DNA from: Octopus sinensis
Taxonomy: Eukaryota
Assembly: GCF_006345805.1 (NCBI RefSeq)
Contig: NC_043003.1
Coordinates: forward strand, 23,746,001-23,810,000
Length of the DNA: 64,000 nt
Direction: 5' to 3'
The notes below the pieces were generated by a model. That model saw only the letters and a program-made list of their open reading frames with translations, made no database searches and was not told the DNA's origin. Below, in pieces: positions 12,363 to 27,784 of this stretch (positions are counted from its first letter, which is position 1; the number at the start of each line of letters is the position of its first letter). The translations under genes were made by a program, and so were the position numbers.

Positions 12363-13208
12363 GTATGTATGCATATATATATATATATATGTATGTATAT
12401 TCGTTTATAAATATACACACATAGACACACACACATATATATATATATACATATGACTGTGCATGCGTGTGTGCGTGCGTGAGTGTGTGTGTGTGTTCGC
12501 GTGTGCGTGTGTATAAAATTCTGAATATTGTGCCGAGAAATATGGAATAAGATGTAAACTGACAAATGATCGGTGCTCGTGTGCAGTTCCCTTTTTTACT
12601 CATTCCTCACAACTCTATGATCTCTTCCAATTCATTTAGTTTCTCTAAATGCCATGAAACTTCACGTGACCAGAAAAATGCTTATATATATATATTAAAG
12701 ACCCGCATTCACAGAAAGGAAAGTTTTGGGGATCGAAAATTCTATCCCGTAATATAATTCCCTATATGGAAATGTTAGATGTATTTCGATTGGACCACCC
12801 GACACAATAAATCTCAATCAGGTTTCCCACACCGGAAACTTTCAGAAATAGATACACAGACTTTAAACAAGTGCTGATCAGTTGTTTTGGATCAACTTTA
12901 CTGTTGAGTTTGAAATAACGTATGAGGATTAGCGATGTCTCTAATGGTTAACGGAGAAATCAATTATTTCTAATTCACATTAAAATAGTTCCTTTTTCTT
13001 TCAGGGATTTTCATCTTTTATTTCTTTTCCTAACCGTCTTTATTTCTACAAAAGAAAATGTGACTAGATAATTTATGAACATTATCTCATAAAATTTTTT
13101 TTTCCTTTATGCATTCTGTTATCTTTCAAACTACGGAGCTCAGTAAAGAGAGATTTAATACGTAAGACGAGTTTTCCTTGTAATTTTCTCGCTTCATCTC
13201 AAATAATC

Positions 13209-13428
13209 CTTTCTACTGCAGGCACAAGGCCTGCAATTTTGGCGGAGGCGGTTAGTCGATTACATCGACCCCAGTGTTTCACGGGAACTTATTTCATCGA
13301 CCCTGAAAATGATGGAAAGCAAAGCCGACCTCGGCGGAATTTCAACCCAAAACGTAGCGACGGGTGAAATACTGCAGGGTATTTCGTCCGGCATGATAAA
13401 ATTCTACCAACTCACCGCTTCGTTGGAT
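13209..13428 (-). mobile_element. SINE family E
   Basis: Reverse complement of the E core (atcgaccc..gatggaaagcaaagccgacctcggcggaattt). Confidence 0.85.
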
Positions 13429-14606
13429 CTTAAATAAGGCCCATAGAATACGGAATTCTGTTTATGTAACATAAGATTTAGATTTAAATCGCACTATATT
13501 TTCCTCCTCACTTCAATTTCTTCATAATGCGCTTTAATTTTATCCTTTTTTTTTGTTCATTAAAATCTTGCTGTAAAAAGGTTAATTTTAACACATGTTA
13601 ATGATAGCATTCTTTAAGGCTTTAAAGTTTTCTATTTTTAGATGTACTTCAATCTGTGACTACAAATATTTATTTAGAAATTGCACTGATTAAGCCATTA
13701 AGACTACACATGTATGTGGCAAAATATACTAAAATCTAATTGAGTTATTAAATCATTTAAGAACAATTTTACAAAATAATTAGTAACAGAAACAAATTAT
13801 AGCAATTCAAACCCAGCCACAATACTAATTTAATTAACTGTTATTTATTTTTAGTTATTTATTTATTTATATTTATTTATCTATATTTATATACTTCCTC
13901 GGTAGTTCATATTTTATAAGCGGCATTGAATTGCCCTTCATGAAAATCTGGAACTATGAATATCCTGATATATATATATATTACTAATACAATTTTAAGC
14001 TGAACAGTAAAAATATGCAAGATTTTTCTCGAATTAAAAAATATGATATTGTTTACCTTATCTCTAGTCCAACGAAGGAGCTTTGTATCTGTGTGAGAAA
14101 CCAGCTTCTTCTCAAGGGGAAGAATTTAAATCAATAAACCAGAAGAGAATATACATACTTAGATACATTCTTACATACACACATATGCACACATCACACA
14201 AATCACATGACACACACATCAAATCATACACGCGCACACACACATCACACACATAAACATCACACACACAGAGTTAAACTTAAGCATTGGTTATATATCA
14301 CGTCTCTTTGCCTTACTATTTTTCATATAGGTAACCACAACAATTGTCACGTATCAATTGCTTCTTTAAAGAGGAGATCGCAATCAAGATGTCAATTGAC
14401 CAAATATTTGCTTGCCATTTACGACCTCGTAGATGACATGCCCTAGTTATTGCAGCTCTGTCGAATTGTCTCTAAAGTGTTTTATGTACATGCGTGTATT
14501 TACATATCTCCATCTGTCAGTCTCTATCTATGTATCTATCTCTATCCCTCTCTCATTCATTCTCTCTCTCTCTCTGTCACTCACTCTCTCTTTTTCTGTA
14601 TATATT

Positions 14607-14765
14607 GCAGAAGTGGCTGTGTGGTATGTAGCTTATTTACCAGCCACATGGATCCGGGTTCAATGCCACATCGTGCCACCTTGGACAAGTGTCTTCTACT
14701 ATAGCCTCGTACCGACCAAAGCTTTGCGGGTGGATATGGTAGACGGAAACTGAAAGAAGCCCGTC

Positions 14766-14811
<46 letters not shown>

Positions 14812-15058
14812 ATGTATGTGTGTGGGCGTGTGTGTGTGTGTATGTTTCGTGTGTGTTTTCCCCCAACATCACTTGACAACCGATGCTGGTGTGTTTACGT
14901 CCCCGTAACTTAGCGGTTCGGGAAAACAGACCGATAGAAAAAGTACTGAGATGGCAAACAATAAGTCCTAGGGTCGATTTGCATTAGTGAATGCGGTGTT
15001 CCTGCATGGCCGCAGTCAAAATGACAGAAACAAGTAAAAAAAATCAAAGAATAAAAGA
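14607..15058 (+). mobile_element. SINE family A, full length with an internal (AT)/(GT) microsatellite
   Basis: Head gtggctgtgtggta, core aagtgtcttctactatagcc, 3' tail gcatggccgcagtcaaaatgacagaaacaagtaaaa. Confidence 0.92.
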
Positions 15059-18000
15059 ATTTACACACACACACATATATATACACACACACACGCTCAC
15101 ACATAAACGCGCGCACGCACAAATCACACACAGTTCAGGCATTGTCGACCTTTTTTCGGCCGGCCGCTGTTGAGGTCGGCTGCATCTGTTCTGTTCCGTC
15201 CTGCCACCCGGTCAGTTAAGATTTTTTTTCCCATTTTCTTTGCACTAGCTTACTATACTCATCTGATAGTTGAAATACCCCGCTATTGTATTTTGCTTTA
15301 TTTTTATTTTAATTGTATAATTATTTTCCTTTTGTTGTATAGCCGAAAGGCGCTTGTCCATTGTATACGTATAATTTAATTTCATATCCGATAGTCGAAC
15401 GACCCTTTCTGTTTATTTATTTGTTTTCGTATATGTACCTTCGTTTGTCTCGGCCAGCGGCTTAATGGTTTTAACAGGACTCCTTGGCCCAGCCGGTTTC
15501 GAGCAGTATCGGAGAGAAGTGGGTGAAAGTGCGTGGACATTTTGGACTCTGACTGAAGAGGCAATTGGCTGCGAATAATCCGTGTATCTTTTGTCTATTT
15601 TCCTGCATGTTTTGGTTTGACAGTTTCCGTTTGTTGTGTTTTTCTGTTCTACTTTTGATTTATATATATACATATATACCGTACGTTTGTGTATATTTCG
15701 AATAATTTCACTTTAAAATGTATAAGAAACATACATTCAACACTGCCCTATAATCCCGCCATGTCTTTGAAATGGTCCTCATTTCTAGAATGTTCTCTCT
15801 GCCATTTAGACACTCAATTATTTGCTGTTATTGAGGTACCCTACTGGTCTCTGTGGATGTTCATTTGCCCGTGTTCATACACCCTCATTTACCTGCATTA
15901 AGTTTCCTTTCATGGCTATTTTTATTTGTTTATTTTTATGTTTATATGGCGATATAGAATCTCTCGCCAAATGTTCAACTAATATATACCACAATAAGCA
16001 AGCAGAGCCGACATATCAGCTGGAAAAGATATGTTTGAAGTCATTATATAGAAACAGCAATGTCGATAATACTATTGAAGTAAACACTCATTCGTTGACA
16101 TCACTTCTCTTCGAGCTGCTATTCAATATAGAAATTTATTGATTCGATTTATTTAATGAGTTTATTGCTTCTTTCTTGTGATTTATGAACAGAAGTGATT
16201 GTACATGCATTTACAGAGAGTATTTCTTCGATCGAGCGATTCATTATATTATGCCAGAATTTATTTAATAACGAAAATATAAACCTCAAGACTGCATGCT
16301 AATTTCCAGTTGGACAGTAATCTGTTGCATCGAATTGATTGCTTTTTATATTACATCTCCTCCAAACTAAATTGACTACTGGATTGTAAATAATTTAACC
16401 ATTTCACACAGGAGAACGTTGATACACATTGAGGAATCTTTCTGGTGAGATAGCTAACAGAAATATATTGTGTGACCAATAATACTGCTATTTTATTGAA
16501 ATATAATAGCACTGAAGGTTATGTTACATCAACAATAGAATCTGCATCCCCAAAGGAATTATATTAGACAGATAATCAATCACTGAATTCATCAAAAACG
16601 CTGTGTTTCGAGGCAGTAAGAGACTAGTTTGCACCTTATTCGTTTAGCGATGTACCTAATTGTATTTAGCTTATTTCTAGACTTTAACAATACCTTATTT
16701 ATATCAATCTTCGTGTCTATACTTTCATACATGCCATTCTCCTTTTGTTTTCTGTTTGTGTATAAGCATCGGTTATAATTTCCACGTATACCAACTCACT
16801 CATTATATTCTAAACAAGAACATGATTGAATTGCTTTCAAACCTGGTGTATTCTCTAAACTGTCATAGAGCTTCCTTCGTGGGTATAGATAGCAACCAAG
16901 TAATCCTTAAGATCACACTGCATAGTTTCATAAATCATATCTTATGTATAATGACTATAAGAATACATCTCACACATTTGTTTTCAACGCTTAACGTCTG
17001 AATAGAAAATGAGAGAGATGGTCAGGCTAAAATGGTTTTCATGATGTGTCTGCACAGTTAGAGGCTCCTTGGCGGTTAACAGCAACAACAAATAGCCTTT
17101 TATATCTTTAAATTTAGTGATCTCTCTCTGTCTGTCTCTCTCTCTCTCCCTCGGTGAGTCGGACGAGCGGTAAACTTGCCGAAATCTCGTAGTCACTGTC
17201 AATAACATTCTTCTTTAAAATGTGTGTGTGTGTGTGTATGTGTGTGCGTGTGTGTGTGAGGTTATGTGTGTGTATCTTTATCGTATACAGGACTCTGATT
17301 TTGATTGCATAATCTAGATATATCAGAGTAAGGGATGATGGAGCTTGTTAGGTGTTCACTGAGTTTAGATTCAATTTGTATTTGGTGATGAACCTTTTTC
17401 TTTATGGGGAAATTTATGCAAAGAAACAAGATGATTTAATTCTGTTCCTTACGTAATATGAACACATTAGTAATCATTCTAATAACGTCATAGCTTCCTA
17501 TTATCGAACTCTCTGGGCAACTACCGCCTGCCGTCAATCATTCTAAATTAGTAGAGGATATTTTCATGATTCAACATTTTCCGCGTCAGCAATTCCTTCC
17601 AATCACAGAACGATATTTTTGCTTGAATGAAAGCCTGTGTCTTATTCTAGAAATCATATGGTACGAGCTAATTACAGTCTATATCCGTTCATTACTTTGA
17701 CAAAGTTGCAGTAGGTGGTGAGAGAAATTCTTTTTGAAGAAATGAATCCAAACCATATATTTACTCTCATATGCTTCGCGATTATGATCTGATGTACAAT
17801 GTGTATAGCGAGTTACACTTACATATGCATATATAAGTGTTAGCTTAATTGTCTAGGCGAAATTTTTGCATACCGAAATATATTAATATATGCCTTGAAA
17901 AATATATTCGACGTTAAATATAGAGTCGAAATAATGTTTTTTTTTTCTATCAGTATTGAATGATTACTTCAACATCGCACCAACATCAGCTTTTCAAATA

Positions 18001-19370
18001 CACTCGTGGGTTATAGGAAAATAGCGACTCTGTGTGATTTGTATTCTTGGTATTATAAACCATATGGCATTACGCTACATTTTGGGGAAGCATGGAGCCA
18101 CAACATTCATTGTAGGAGATGCGGTCAGATTAGGCCATAATGACGGGGGTGGGTTGGCTATAGTGATGGGTAGGAGAAGTGAGATGGTGGAATGAGCGTG
18201 ACAGATGAAAACGGAAGACTAATTTAATTCACCTTATTTCCTAGTCAGTTTATTTCAAAGTGAGAGGGAGAAGTACCACGCGCGTACACAGACACACACA
18301 GACACAGACACATACACACAAACACACACACACACACGCACACACACATACACACATACACACACTCACACACACATACACACATACATATATATATGTA
18401 TCAATATAAGTATATATATATATAAATCTTTAGTTAATTATATTCAATGAGAATACTACATATTGAATTTATACTGAGTGCTCTATTGTATCAAATTATT
18501 AATACTATTAAAGTATTTATGTATTTAATACGAGCGATTATATATATATATATATTAAAATAAATATAGTATGATATATATATACACATAAATATATATA
18601 TGATATATACGCATATATATGTTCACATGTAGATATGTGCATGTGTGTTTGTGTATACACGTGTCGGTGAATGTATATATGCACATAAAAATATCTGTGC
18701 ACGCACGAATGTAATTCTGGTTTTATGAATCTACATGTTTTGACTTTTATCGCTAATGTGCGGGAGCATATTATTTTTCCTAATATATCTAAGTATATCT
18801 GCCTAAAATGGTGTGTACACTTCGATATATCTTAGATAATATATTTCAAGTTTGAAAAAAAAAAATCTATTTCTATTTCAGTTGCCATAGCTACATTACC
18901 AAAAGCTAAAGAATATTGTCGAGAAGAAAGAAATCTATGCAATTTTGTTATAAGTAAAATAGTGATTTACATTAGCACGATTCATATCATTCTTTTATTT
19001 TTCATTTTAGAATTTAATGTTTCTTTCGTTGCTTATATAATAACACATATCTAGATATATCTAATGAGTTATTTTATGTAAATTGATAAACTTTCCGAAT
19101 GAAAAGTTCGATGAATACCTGTGCATATCTTTGTATTGCCTTGTGTGTAAGTGTGTATGTGGATACACACACTCACATACGCACACATGCACACACCCGC
19201 ATATGTATATATATATATATATATACATACATATATATATATATATGCATATATATATATATACACACATATATACACACACACACATACACATATATAT
19301 ATATATATATACATACACATATATATATACATATATATACACATATATATATACATATATATATACATAA

Positions 19371-19405
<35 letters not shown>

Positions 19406-19446
19406 GATAGATATATTCACACATGAACACATATGTATATATACAC

Positions 19447-19506
<60 letters not shown>

Positions 19507-19674
19507 GTGTCTGTGTGTATCAGCATGTGTCTGTGTGTGTGTGTGGTAAAAGAGGGATATTATTTTAAATCACGTTTGACAATAATTACGGAACATTTAA
19601 GACGATGTGACATTATACTGATAGCCCCAAAAGAAACGAATTTATAGTCAAGAACGGGTTGACTATGAATAGTA

Positions 19675-19729
19675 TTAATGTTGCTACCGCTGCCACCGCT
19701 GCCCCTGTTGTTGTTATTGCTGCTGCTGC

Positions 19730-19766
<37 letters not shown>

Positions 19767-19861
19767 GCTGCTGTTTCTGTTGTTGTTGGTAGTAGTAGTA
19801 GTAGTAGTAGTTGTTGTTTTGTAATGGTGGTGGTGTTAGTGGTAGTAGTAGCAGCAGTAGC

Positions 19862-19905
<44 letters not shown>

Positions 19906-20451
19906 GAGAAGAAGAAGAAGAAGAAGAAGAAGAAGAAGAAGAAGAAGGATGACAAGAAGAAGGAGGAGAAGAAGAAGAAGAAGAAGAAGAAAAAGGAGAA
20001 GGAGAAGAAGAAAACGAGAATGAAGAATTTTAGAATAATGTCTTCTGTGGATGGTGATGATGAGAATGACGACGATGATGATGATGATAATGATGCTGCT
20101 GCTGCTGATGATGATGATGGTGATTTAGGTAGTAACAGTGAAAGAAGGTTTTCATATTCATATTCAGCACGACGGCGAAAAACGCTACGTCGACGATGGT
20201 TGAAATGATGACGTCAACAGCTGTGACAACGAATGACGACACGATAATGTTGTTAACAATGACAACGTCATAACTGCTGCAGCAGATGGTGATGGCGTTG
20301 CTTAAACTCACCCTCCCGGCAACGACGACGACGACGACGAAGAGGAGGCCGCCAGTGTTGCTGCTTTTGCTGTTGTAGCTGCTGTTATGGACGATGATGA
20401 TGAGGAGGAGGATGATGAGGAGGAGGATGAGGATGATGATGATGGTGATGG

Positions 20452-20492
<41 letters not shown>

Positions 20493-20570
20493 GTGATGAT
20501 GGTGATGGTGATGATAATGATGATGATGAGGAGGAGGAGGATGAGGAGGAGGTGGAGGAGAAGGCGGAAG
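19675..20570. repeat. Compound trinucleotide island (GTT, GTA, GAA, GAT, GAC, GAG)
   Basis: Direct reading; similar islands at 21645-21960, 41285-41535 and 54720-54855. Confidence 0.93.
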
Positions 20571-21282
20571 GGGATTCCGACATGACAAAGCCAGCATTAG
20601 AACGTCAGAGATTCAGAAACTCTTACATAATTTATCAATGATAGAAAACTGAAAGAGAAGCGGTAAAAAACAAGTAAAAATATAAATATTTAGAAATAAA
20701 TATTTTAAAAAATAACAATAAAACTATATCAAAAATAAAAGCAACACAGGCAAGGCGGAAGTAGAACAATTTCGCCCAACATCAATGATTGCCGTTTTAA
20801 AGACATTGACGGTGCTATAATGATCGTCGTCATCAGAACCATCAGAGGCATCACAAGCATCAATAACAATTTGCGACGATCCTCGCTGTACAAGCGCCAA
20901 GACACGGGTCAAGTGTACTCGGACCAAAAGAAAAAAAAAAAGAAAAGCGTGTGACGTCGATTATCGCTGACATGATGACTACTAACGCCATTTTGTTTTT
21001 CTCTCTACAATGGTGTTTCAATGGAACTGGCTGTCACTTTTAAATGATATCGTTCGCGACAACCTACCAAGACTTGAGTTGTCATAGAAGCTATTAAGTG
21101 GAAGTCGGTCGGGGAAGGGGGTAACAGTGGTTTCTAAGATAGTAAACCGAGAGAAGGGGGTGGTGAGAATGAGGAGAAGAGATTTAAGAACGAACGTAAA
21201 ATGATGAGAAGGGGACGATTCAGATAGAAGTTATTGAAAATTAAATACGTTACACAAAAAGTGCATATATATATATATGCAC

Positions 21283-21353
<71 letters not shown>

Positions 21354-21717
21354 AGCTTAGAGAAGAAGAAGAAGAAACGAAACGAAACAAAACGAATCGA
21401 ATCGAATCGACGCGAAGGCGTTCAGTCATACAATAGTGTAATATATATATATATATGAGTGTGTGTGTGAATAAACACGTATATACGTATATGCGTACGC
21501 GTGAGTATGTTTTAGTGTCTATTTTTGCGATTTAGTATGTCTAACTGAATAATTGTATACGGATGCTTCAGTCTATGTATGAGAGTTTGCCACTGGATTC
21601 TTCGGTGTGTATGAGTGGGTGAGTGACATTTTAGTTTTAATTGCTCATGATGTCGATGTAGTAGTAGTAGTGGTGGTGGTGGTGGTGGTGGTGGTGGTGG
21701 TGGTGGCGGTGGTGGTG

Positions 21718-21750
<33 letters not shown>

Positions 21751-21808
21751 AGTAGTATAGTAGTAGTAGTAGTAGTAGTAGTTGTAGTAGTAGTAGTTGT
21801 AGCAGTAC

Positions 21809-21853
<45 letters not shown>

Positions 21854-22816
21854 TGATGGCGGGGTGCGGGTGGGGTGGTGTATGCAAATGCCAGTGATGA
21901 TAAGGAAGAAATATTCAGTTAAAGAATTTGTTGTTGGTGTTGTTGACGACGACGACGGCAATTATTACGCCGATAAGTACGTTGATCAAGCTAATCTAGA
22001 ATAAAAAAATATTTCGGTGATGCCCATCCTCTTGGATATTTTCTTTCTTTCTTCTTTCTTTAGAGGTTGGTTGGAGATGTCAGACTGACTCCAGACCTCG
22101 ATTGAAGGTCAGTTAGTTGTACTGCTGTTTCTAGCAGATCAAAGGACCTAACACCCGACCTATACTTATTATAGTTGATTTCGAGTGAATAGGCAAAAAG
22201 AATGACCAAATATGACCATCGATTCTTTCTTTACAACTTCATATTATACTTAAGAAATGTGCTTGTTGTCTCTAGCAGGTCAGTTGTTGCAGCCACAGTT
22301 GTTTAACCACAGGTGAAACTTAATGAAAGAGACAAATAATCAAAAAGCATCCCAGTAGTTATTACCTCAACATTTGAGGGATTCCATTATATGAAATGTC
22401 CATTCCTTATGCGAAAAGGTTAAAGAGTTTTGGTTGCTCCTTCGAGCAGGTTAGTAAACCACACATTTTACTAGTAAATTGATAATTGGGCGAATATGTG
22501 GAAGAGGTCTCTGAAGGTAAAACAATTAGAGTTCATGTACATTTTTACCTAGCACAATCGATAGAATGTTAGTCAAGATATTCCGTTCGTGATTCTTGCA
22601 GAAAAATATGTTATTAAGACAAGTGCTAGTTATCTATGTTACGTTGATCTAATCGTAAGCAGGAAATAGCATGTCGGAATACAAATCACGATTCTAATCT
22701 AGAAACAGTCCCGCTGGTGAAATATATGTATATGTTTTCGAACGATAGCTGGAAGACCAAAGCAAATTTCTCTCAAATCATTTTCCTAAATAATTAAGAC
22801 ACAATAATATAAATCT

Positions 22817-23196
22817 ACTAGCAGTATCGCCCGGCGTTGCTCGGGTTTATTTCGACCCTTTAGAATTGGAATTTTTGAAAAGTAAAACTTTTGCATTATG
22901 TAGCTTGTTATTCTCTTTAAGTGAACATTTTTCTGGTTGAAATACACCGAAAAATGGCGACACAGCAGTCAAAAAATCGTAAAAAATAGGGATTTTCATA
23001 GAAAAAAAGCACCTTTTTATGTAAATAATTTTTGGTGTTAACATGGTCCGATTTGAATTTTTTCTTCTACGGAAGAAAGAGCAAGCCTATTATACTCTCA
23101 ATTTTGGTCAACTTGCGCCGCAGGGTCTCGGAGGAGATAGTGTTAGTTGAAGGCTACCAAACCTGCCATACACAGACAACTTCAGCATATAGAGAT
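22817..23196 (-). mobile_element. Non-autonomous Helentron/DINE-1-like element
   Basis: The minus-strand 3' end is cccgagcaacgccgggcgatactgctagt and the 5' end is atctctatat..gttgtctgtgt. Confidence 0.8.
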
Positions 23197-24517
23197 ATGC
23201 TATTAAAAGACGGTGGGGTCATATTTGGAATTCATTTAATTGTATATTTACTCTACTACAACGATAAGAGCCATAGTGCAATTTCCTTATTTTTACATTT
23301 TGATACTATATGCACCGGATAGATTTTAAAAATTGTTTGCATATATACGTTATGATGTATGTAATTATCTTGGTGTGAAGATATGTCTATATATTTATGT
23401 GTATGTATGTATTGTAGTTATGTATATTATGTATATGTATGTGTAAGTGTGTGCGCGTGTATATATATCTGTATGTATATATATATATATATATATATGC
23501 ATGTATAATTTTATATACATATATATATACATATATAAGTGTGCATGTATATATGTATATATAAATGTGTATGTATATGTGTATATACTTTTATATATGT
23601 AGGCATGTATTTGTGTACATAATTTGTATATTTGCATGCGTATCTGTAGGTGTGTATATTTGTATGTATGTTTGTATTTAAGTAAATATACATGTAATTT
23701 TATGTGTGTGTTTTCATGTGTTATTTGTGCAAGCTAACCGAAGCATCTAATCATCTTTACATACTTTTCGAACGCCATCACGTAACACTCTCTAATCCTA
23801 TATATCTTTTCTCTTACTCTAAATTTCTGGGTTTTTTCTTTTATTTCTTTATCTTCTTTGCACTGTTTTCTTCCTCCCCCTACCAAATATTTTCTGATTT
23901 TTTTCCTTCACTTTCTTTCGCCTGCAACAAGTAACATGTATAAGCATACACCTGAAAATTTAGTGCGCGTGCGTTTATGTGCGTGCATACATATATATGC
24001 ATTTGTATATATATATTTATGTTTTGCCTATATACGTCTTTATATGTATGTAGCCATGTACCTGAATCTGTATGTTTAGTGTATATATATATATATAGAT
24101 GGTTTGGTACGTGTATATACTGCTAATGTATATGTAAGCTGGCGTGAATTTTCTTTTTAACGGATATATCTTTTAATTTATTAATTGATTACTATTTTAC
24201 AGCTAATTATTTACTCAGGGTATTTAGGCTCTGTCCTTCTTTATCAGCTATTTTTGATTTAAGGTTTTCTTCGCATTTTATAATAATATGATTCTATACT
24301 GCAATTTGTTATTGCATACAACATATCATTGAAAAACCGTTAGTTGAAAGGACCAGTGACACAAAACCATTTTCAAACGTGTATCTATCAAACTAATTGT
24401 ATATTTTTGCTTATAACCTTCTTTTTGTTCCGTTCTAAACAAAACTGTCCGAGGAACGGGAACGTGAAACTCTGAGTAACAGTTCTTGTGATATTTTTGC
24501 AGCTTTTTAATAAAGAA

Positions 24518-25616
24518 TATATATATAAAACTGAGAATGCGTGTCTGTATGTATGTATGAATCCCTAGAACTCAAAAACTACGCAAACGATTTCATTCAA
24601 ATTTTACATATGTATTAATTAGGGTCCATGTAGTGTCGTGGGCCAAAACATTTTCAACCTCTTTCCTAATGTGAGCCCGGAGCAATCTCGGTATTACGTG
24701 TCAAAAGTGAAAGAATGACATGTATATTGAAATATGAAATAATGTTGTTTCAATTTTATTCTTTCACTTTTAATGTGATAACACTAAGGTCGTCTTACTT
24801 TACACGTTCATCCTTCAATTACCAGTTAATTGTTATCGCAGCAGTTGCAAGATTGCAAGGTGTTTACAGTTGCATTTTGACCCTAAAATCACCATTTAAT
24901 ACATGTCCTTAATTTATAGAGATATGATTTGTTGTCTCTCTGTCTGTAAGATACATGAGACTTGCTATAGATCAACAAAGGCATGCTGAAGCACGTCGGA
25001 TTGAGTCTCTATACAGTACAGACATGATACTTTCCAAAGATCACCAATCGCCTGCTGCAACACGTTAAATTCAGTCTCAAGAGAGAAGGGAAAGGAGACT
25101 TTCTCAACATCAAGAAATGCATGCACGTCTGATAGCGTTCCAAGGCAGAAGGGAGATGAGACTTTCCCCAAGATCAGCAAAGGAATGCTACAGCACATCA
25201 GATGGTGTCTCAAGAGACAAGGGAGATGGGATTTTTCCAACACCAGCAAAGGAAGCTGCGGTACTTAATGCTGAATCATTAAAAGAACGTTTAGCATGCC
25301 AGATTACACAGAGGACCAATAGATTGGCTCTCAGATACAGACCACGTACAAATTCGTTCTTCACAACACCTGGAGTTGCTTTCAGATATGGTCCATCCCA
25401 TTCTTATAAAAATGATAATTCTGTCCAAATGGGTGTGCTAAACTCAAATTGAGATTTATGCAAGGATTTAAAACTTTCTCCACAAATATTCTGTCGTCAA
25501 TGCTGCACTTTCCTGTATCACCTGTTTATGTGTGGATATATGTATGTATATATGTAAATATATACTTATACACTGTTCCGTTTTTATCCCGGGCAACGCC
25601 GGGTATCTTTGCTAGT
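24518..25616 (+). mobile_element. Internally deleted Helitron/Helentron carrying a RepHel N-terminal fragment
   Basis: 5' tatatataaaa plus a (GTAT)n/GTCT run; 3' cccgggcaacgccgggtatctttgctagt; the interior 24955-25450 encodes R..RL..Q repeats and AFRYGPSHSYKNDNSVQMG. Confidence 0.72.
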
Positions 25617-25656
25617 ATGTATATATAAACACAATAAGTACTATATATATATATAT

Positions 25657-25722
<66 letters not shown>

Positions 25723-25751
25723 CTATATATATATATATACATATATATATA

Positions 25752-25801
<50 letters not shown>

Positions 25802-25816
25802 TATTATATATACATA

Positions 25817-25848
<32 letters not shown>

Positions 25849-25849
25849 C

Positions 25850-25887
<38 letters not shown>

Positions 25888-25914
25888 ATATATATATATA
25901 TACATATATATATA

Positions 25915-25996
<82 letters not shown>

Positions 25997-26166
25997 CATA
26001 TATATAATATATACATATATATATATATAATATATATACATATATATATATATATATATCTACATAATATATATATATTAATATATATATATATTATATA
26101 CATATACATATATATATTACATATATATATATACATATATATCATATATATATATATACATATACC

Positions 26167-26226
<60 letters not shown>

Positions 26227-26819
26227 TATATATACTTACACATATTTTAGGATGTTTCTATTATTATCGATTGAATATTGTATTGCAAATTAGAACGCTA
26301 AAAATCACTAGACGGATACTTATATTCAATTAAATAATGCGTATGTGGCCAATATCTTTAAATCTTTCTTAATATTATTATATAAGTTATTCCCAGTTGT
26401 CCATTTTTAATGAAATGTTCGTAATTGAAAAATCTTCCATTAAAACGTTTTCGAAGAACTTTCCGGAAAATATAGAAAATAATTCCTTTTATAATGAAAC
26501 TATTAAATGACTTTGACAATTCCACTGTGGAAATAGAGTACACATTTCTTAGATAAATTTCTTGATTTTGTTCTTTTTTTATATTAAATTAGGTTAAATT
26601 AGATATTACTAATATTACTAAAGTAGTCGCCAGAACACTATTAACATTACGACTAATATTATTGTTATCAGCATTATTATTATTGTTGTAGTTATTGTTG
26701 TTGTTGCTGTTGTTGCTTCGCTGCGTAATTGGGTATCGATGACTGCATTTAAATTTATAATTGTAGCTTCAGCAACATTTTGGCTGGTAAACATCAAAGT
26801 TGAAACTTCGGCATTTAGA

Positions 26820-26868
<49 letters not shown>

Positions 26869-26920
26869 TGTGTGTGTGTGTGTATGTGTGTATATGTTTG
26901 TATGTATGTATGTATGTGTA

Positions 26921-26997
26921 TACGACGGGCTTCTTCCATTTCCATCTACCGAGTCCAGTCACAAGAATTTGCTCGGCCCGGGGCTATAGTAGAAGTC
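26921..26997 (-). mobile_element. SINE family A, core fragment
   Basis: acgacgggcttctt..ggctatagtagaag. Confidence 0.8.
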
Positions 26998-27058
26998 ATA
27001 TCTATATGTCTTTATATTTATATACACACACATACACATGCCCACACACGCTCAGACA

Positions 27059-27216
<158 letters not shown>

Positions 27217-27784
27217 GTACGTAGATGGATAGATACATGGACCCACGCAGATACAGATGTATTTATTCATACATACATGCATATGCAATACATAGAGTAA
27301 TTGATATCAAGCAGAAAGAAAACCAATGAGGTATATAAGCTGTAGCTGCGCATATAATCATATCTACAGACAGGTTTGACCAATGCAACTCTCTAAAGAG
27401 TAGAATGACTTCGTTATAGTAGCAGTACGTTCAATAGGTTCTCTATTATTCTCTTTGCACAGTTAGAATTACGATAATAAATCGTTTTCACCTGCAGAAA
27501 ACCTTACCAGGTTAATGGTATTGAGTAAGTGTGTTCCTGCTTGTCTATCATGTGCGCTCGCTCGCTCGTCCCAGAAATTACGCACATGAAATATAGCCGC
27601 GCATATCCATTACACCGCGGTAATAAACATAGTAATGGCTGAGGGAAAGGAATGAGGTGAATATAAACTTGGGTTATTGAGAAAATGTCAGTTTCCATTG
27701 GATGAAGGTAATGCGTGCGTCTGTGCGTGTATGTATGTGTGTATATACTTTTAAATTTATATATGGTTTGAACTTCCACAAATA

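Noticed and set aside
15490-15580. Hammerhead- or HDV-like ribozyme in the GC-rich block
   Set aside because: The core is incomplete (GAAT instead of GAAA), and no pseudoknot could be traced.
21858-21880. G-quadruplex
   Set aside because: Only three G3 runs, within a GGT-type microsatellite.
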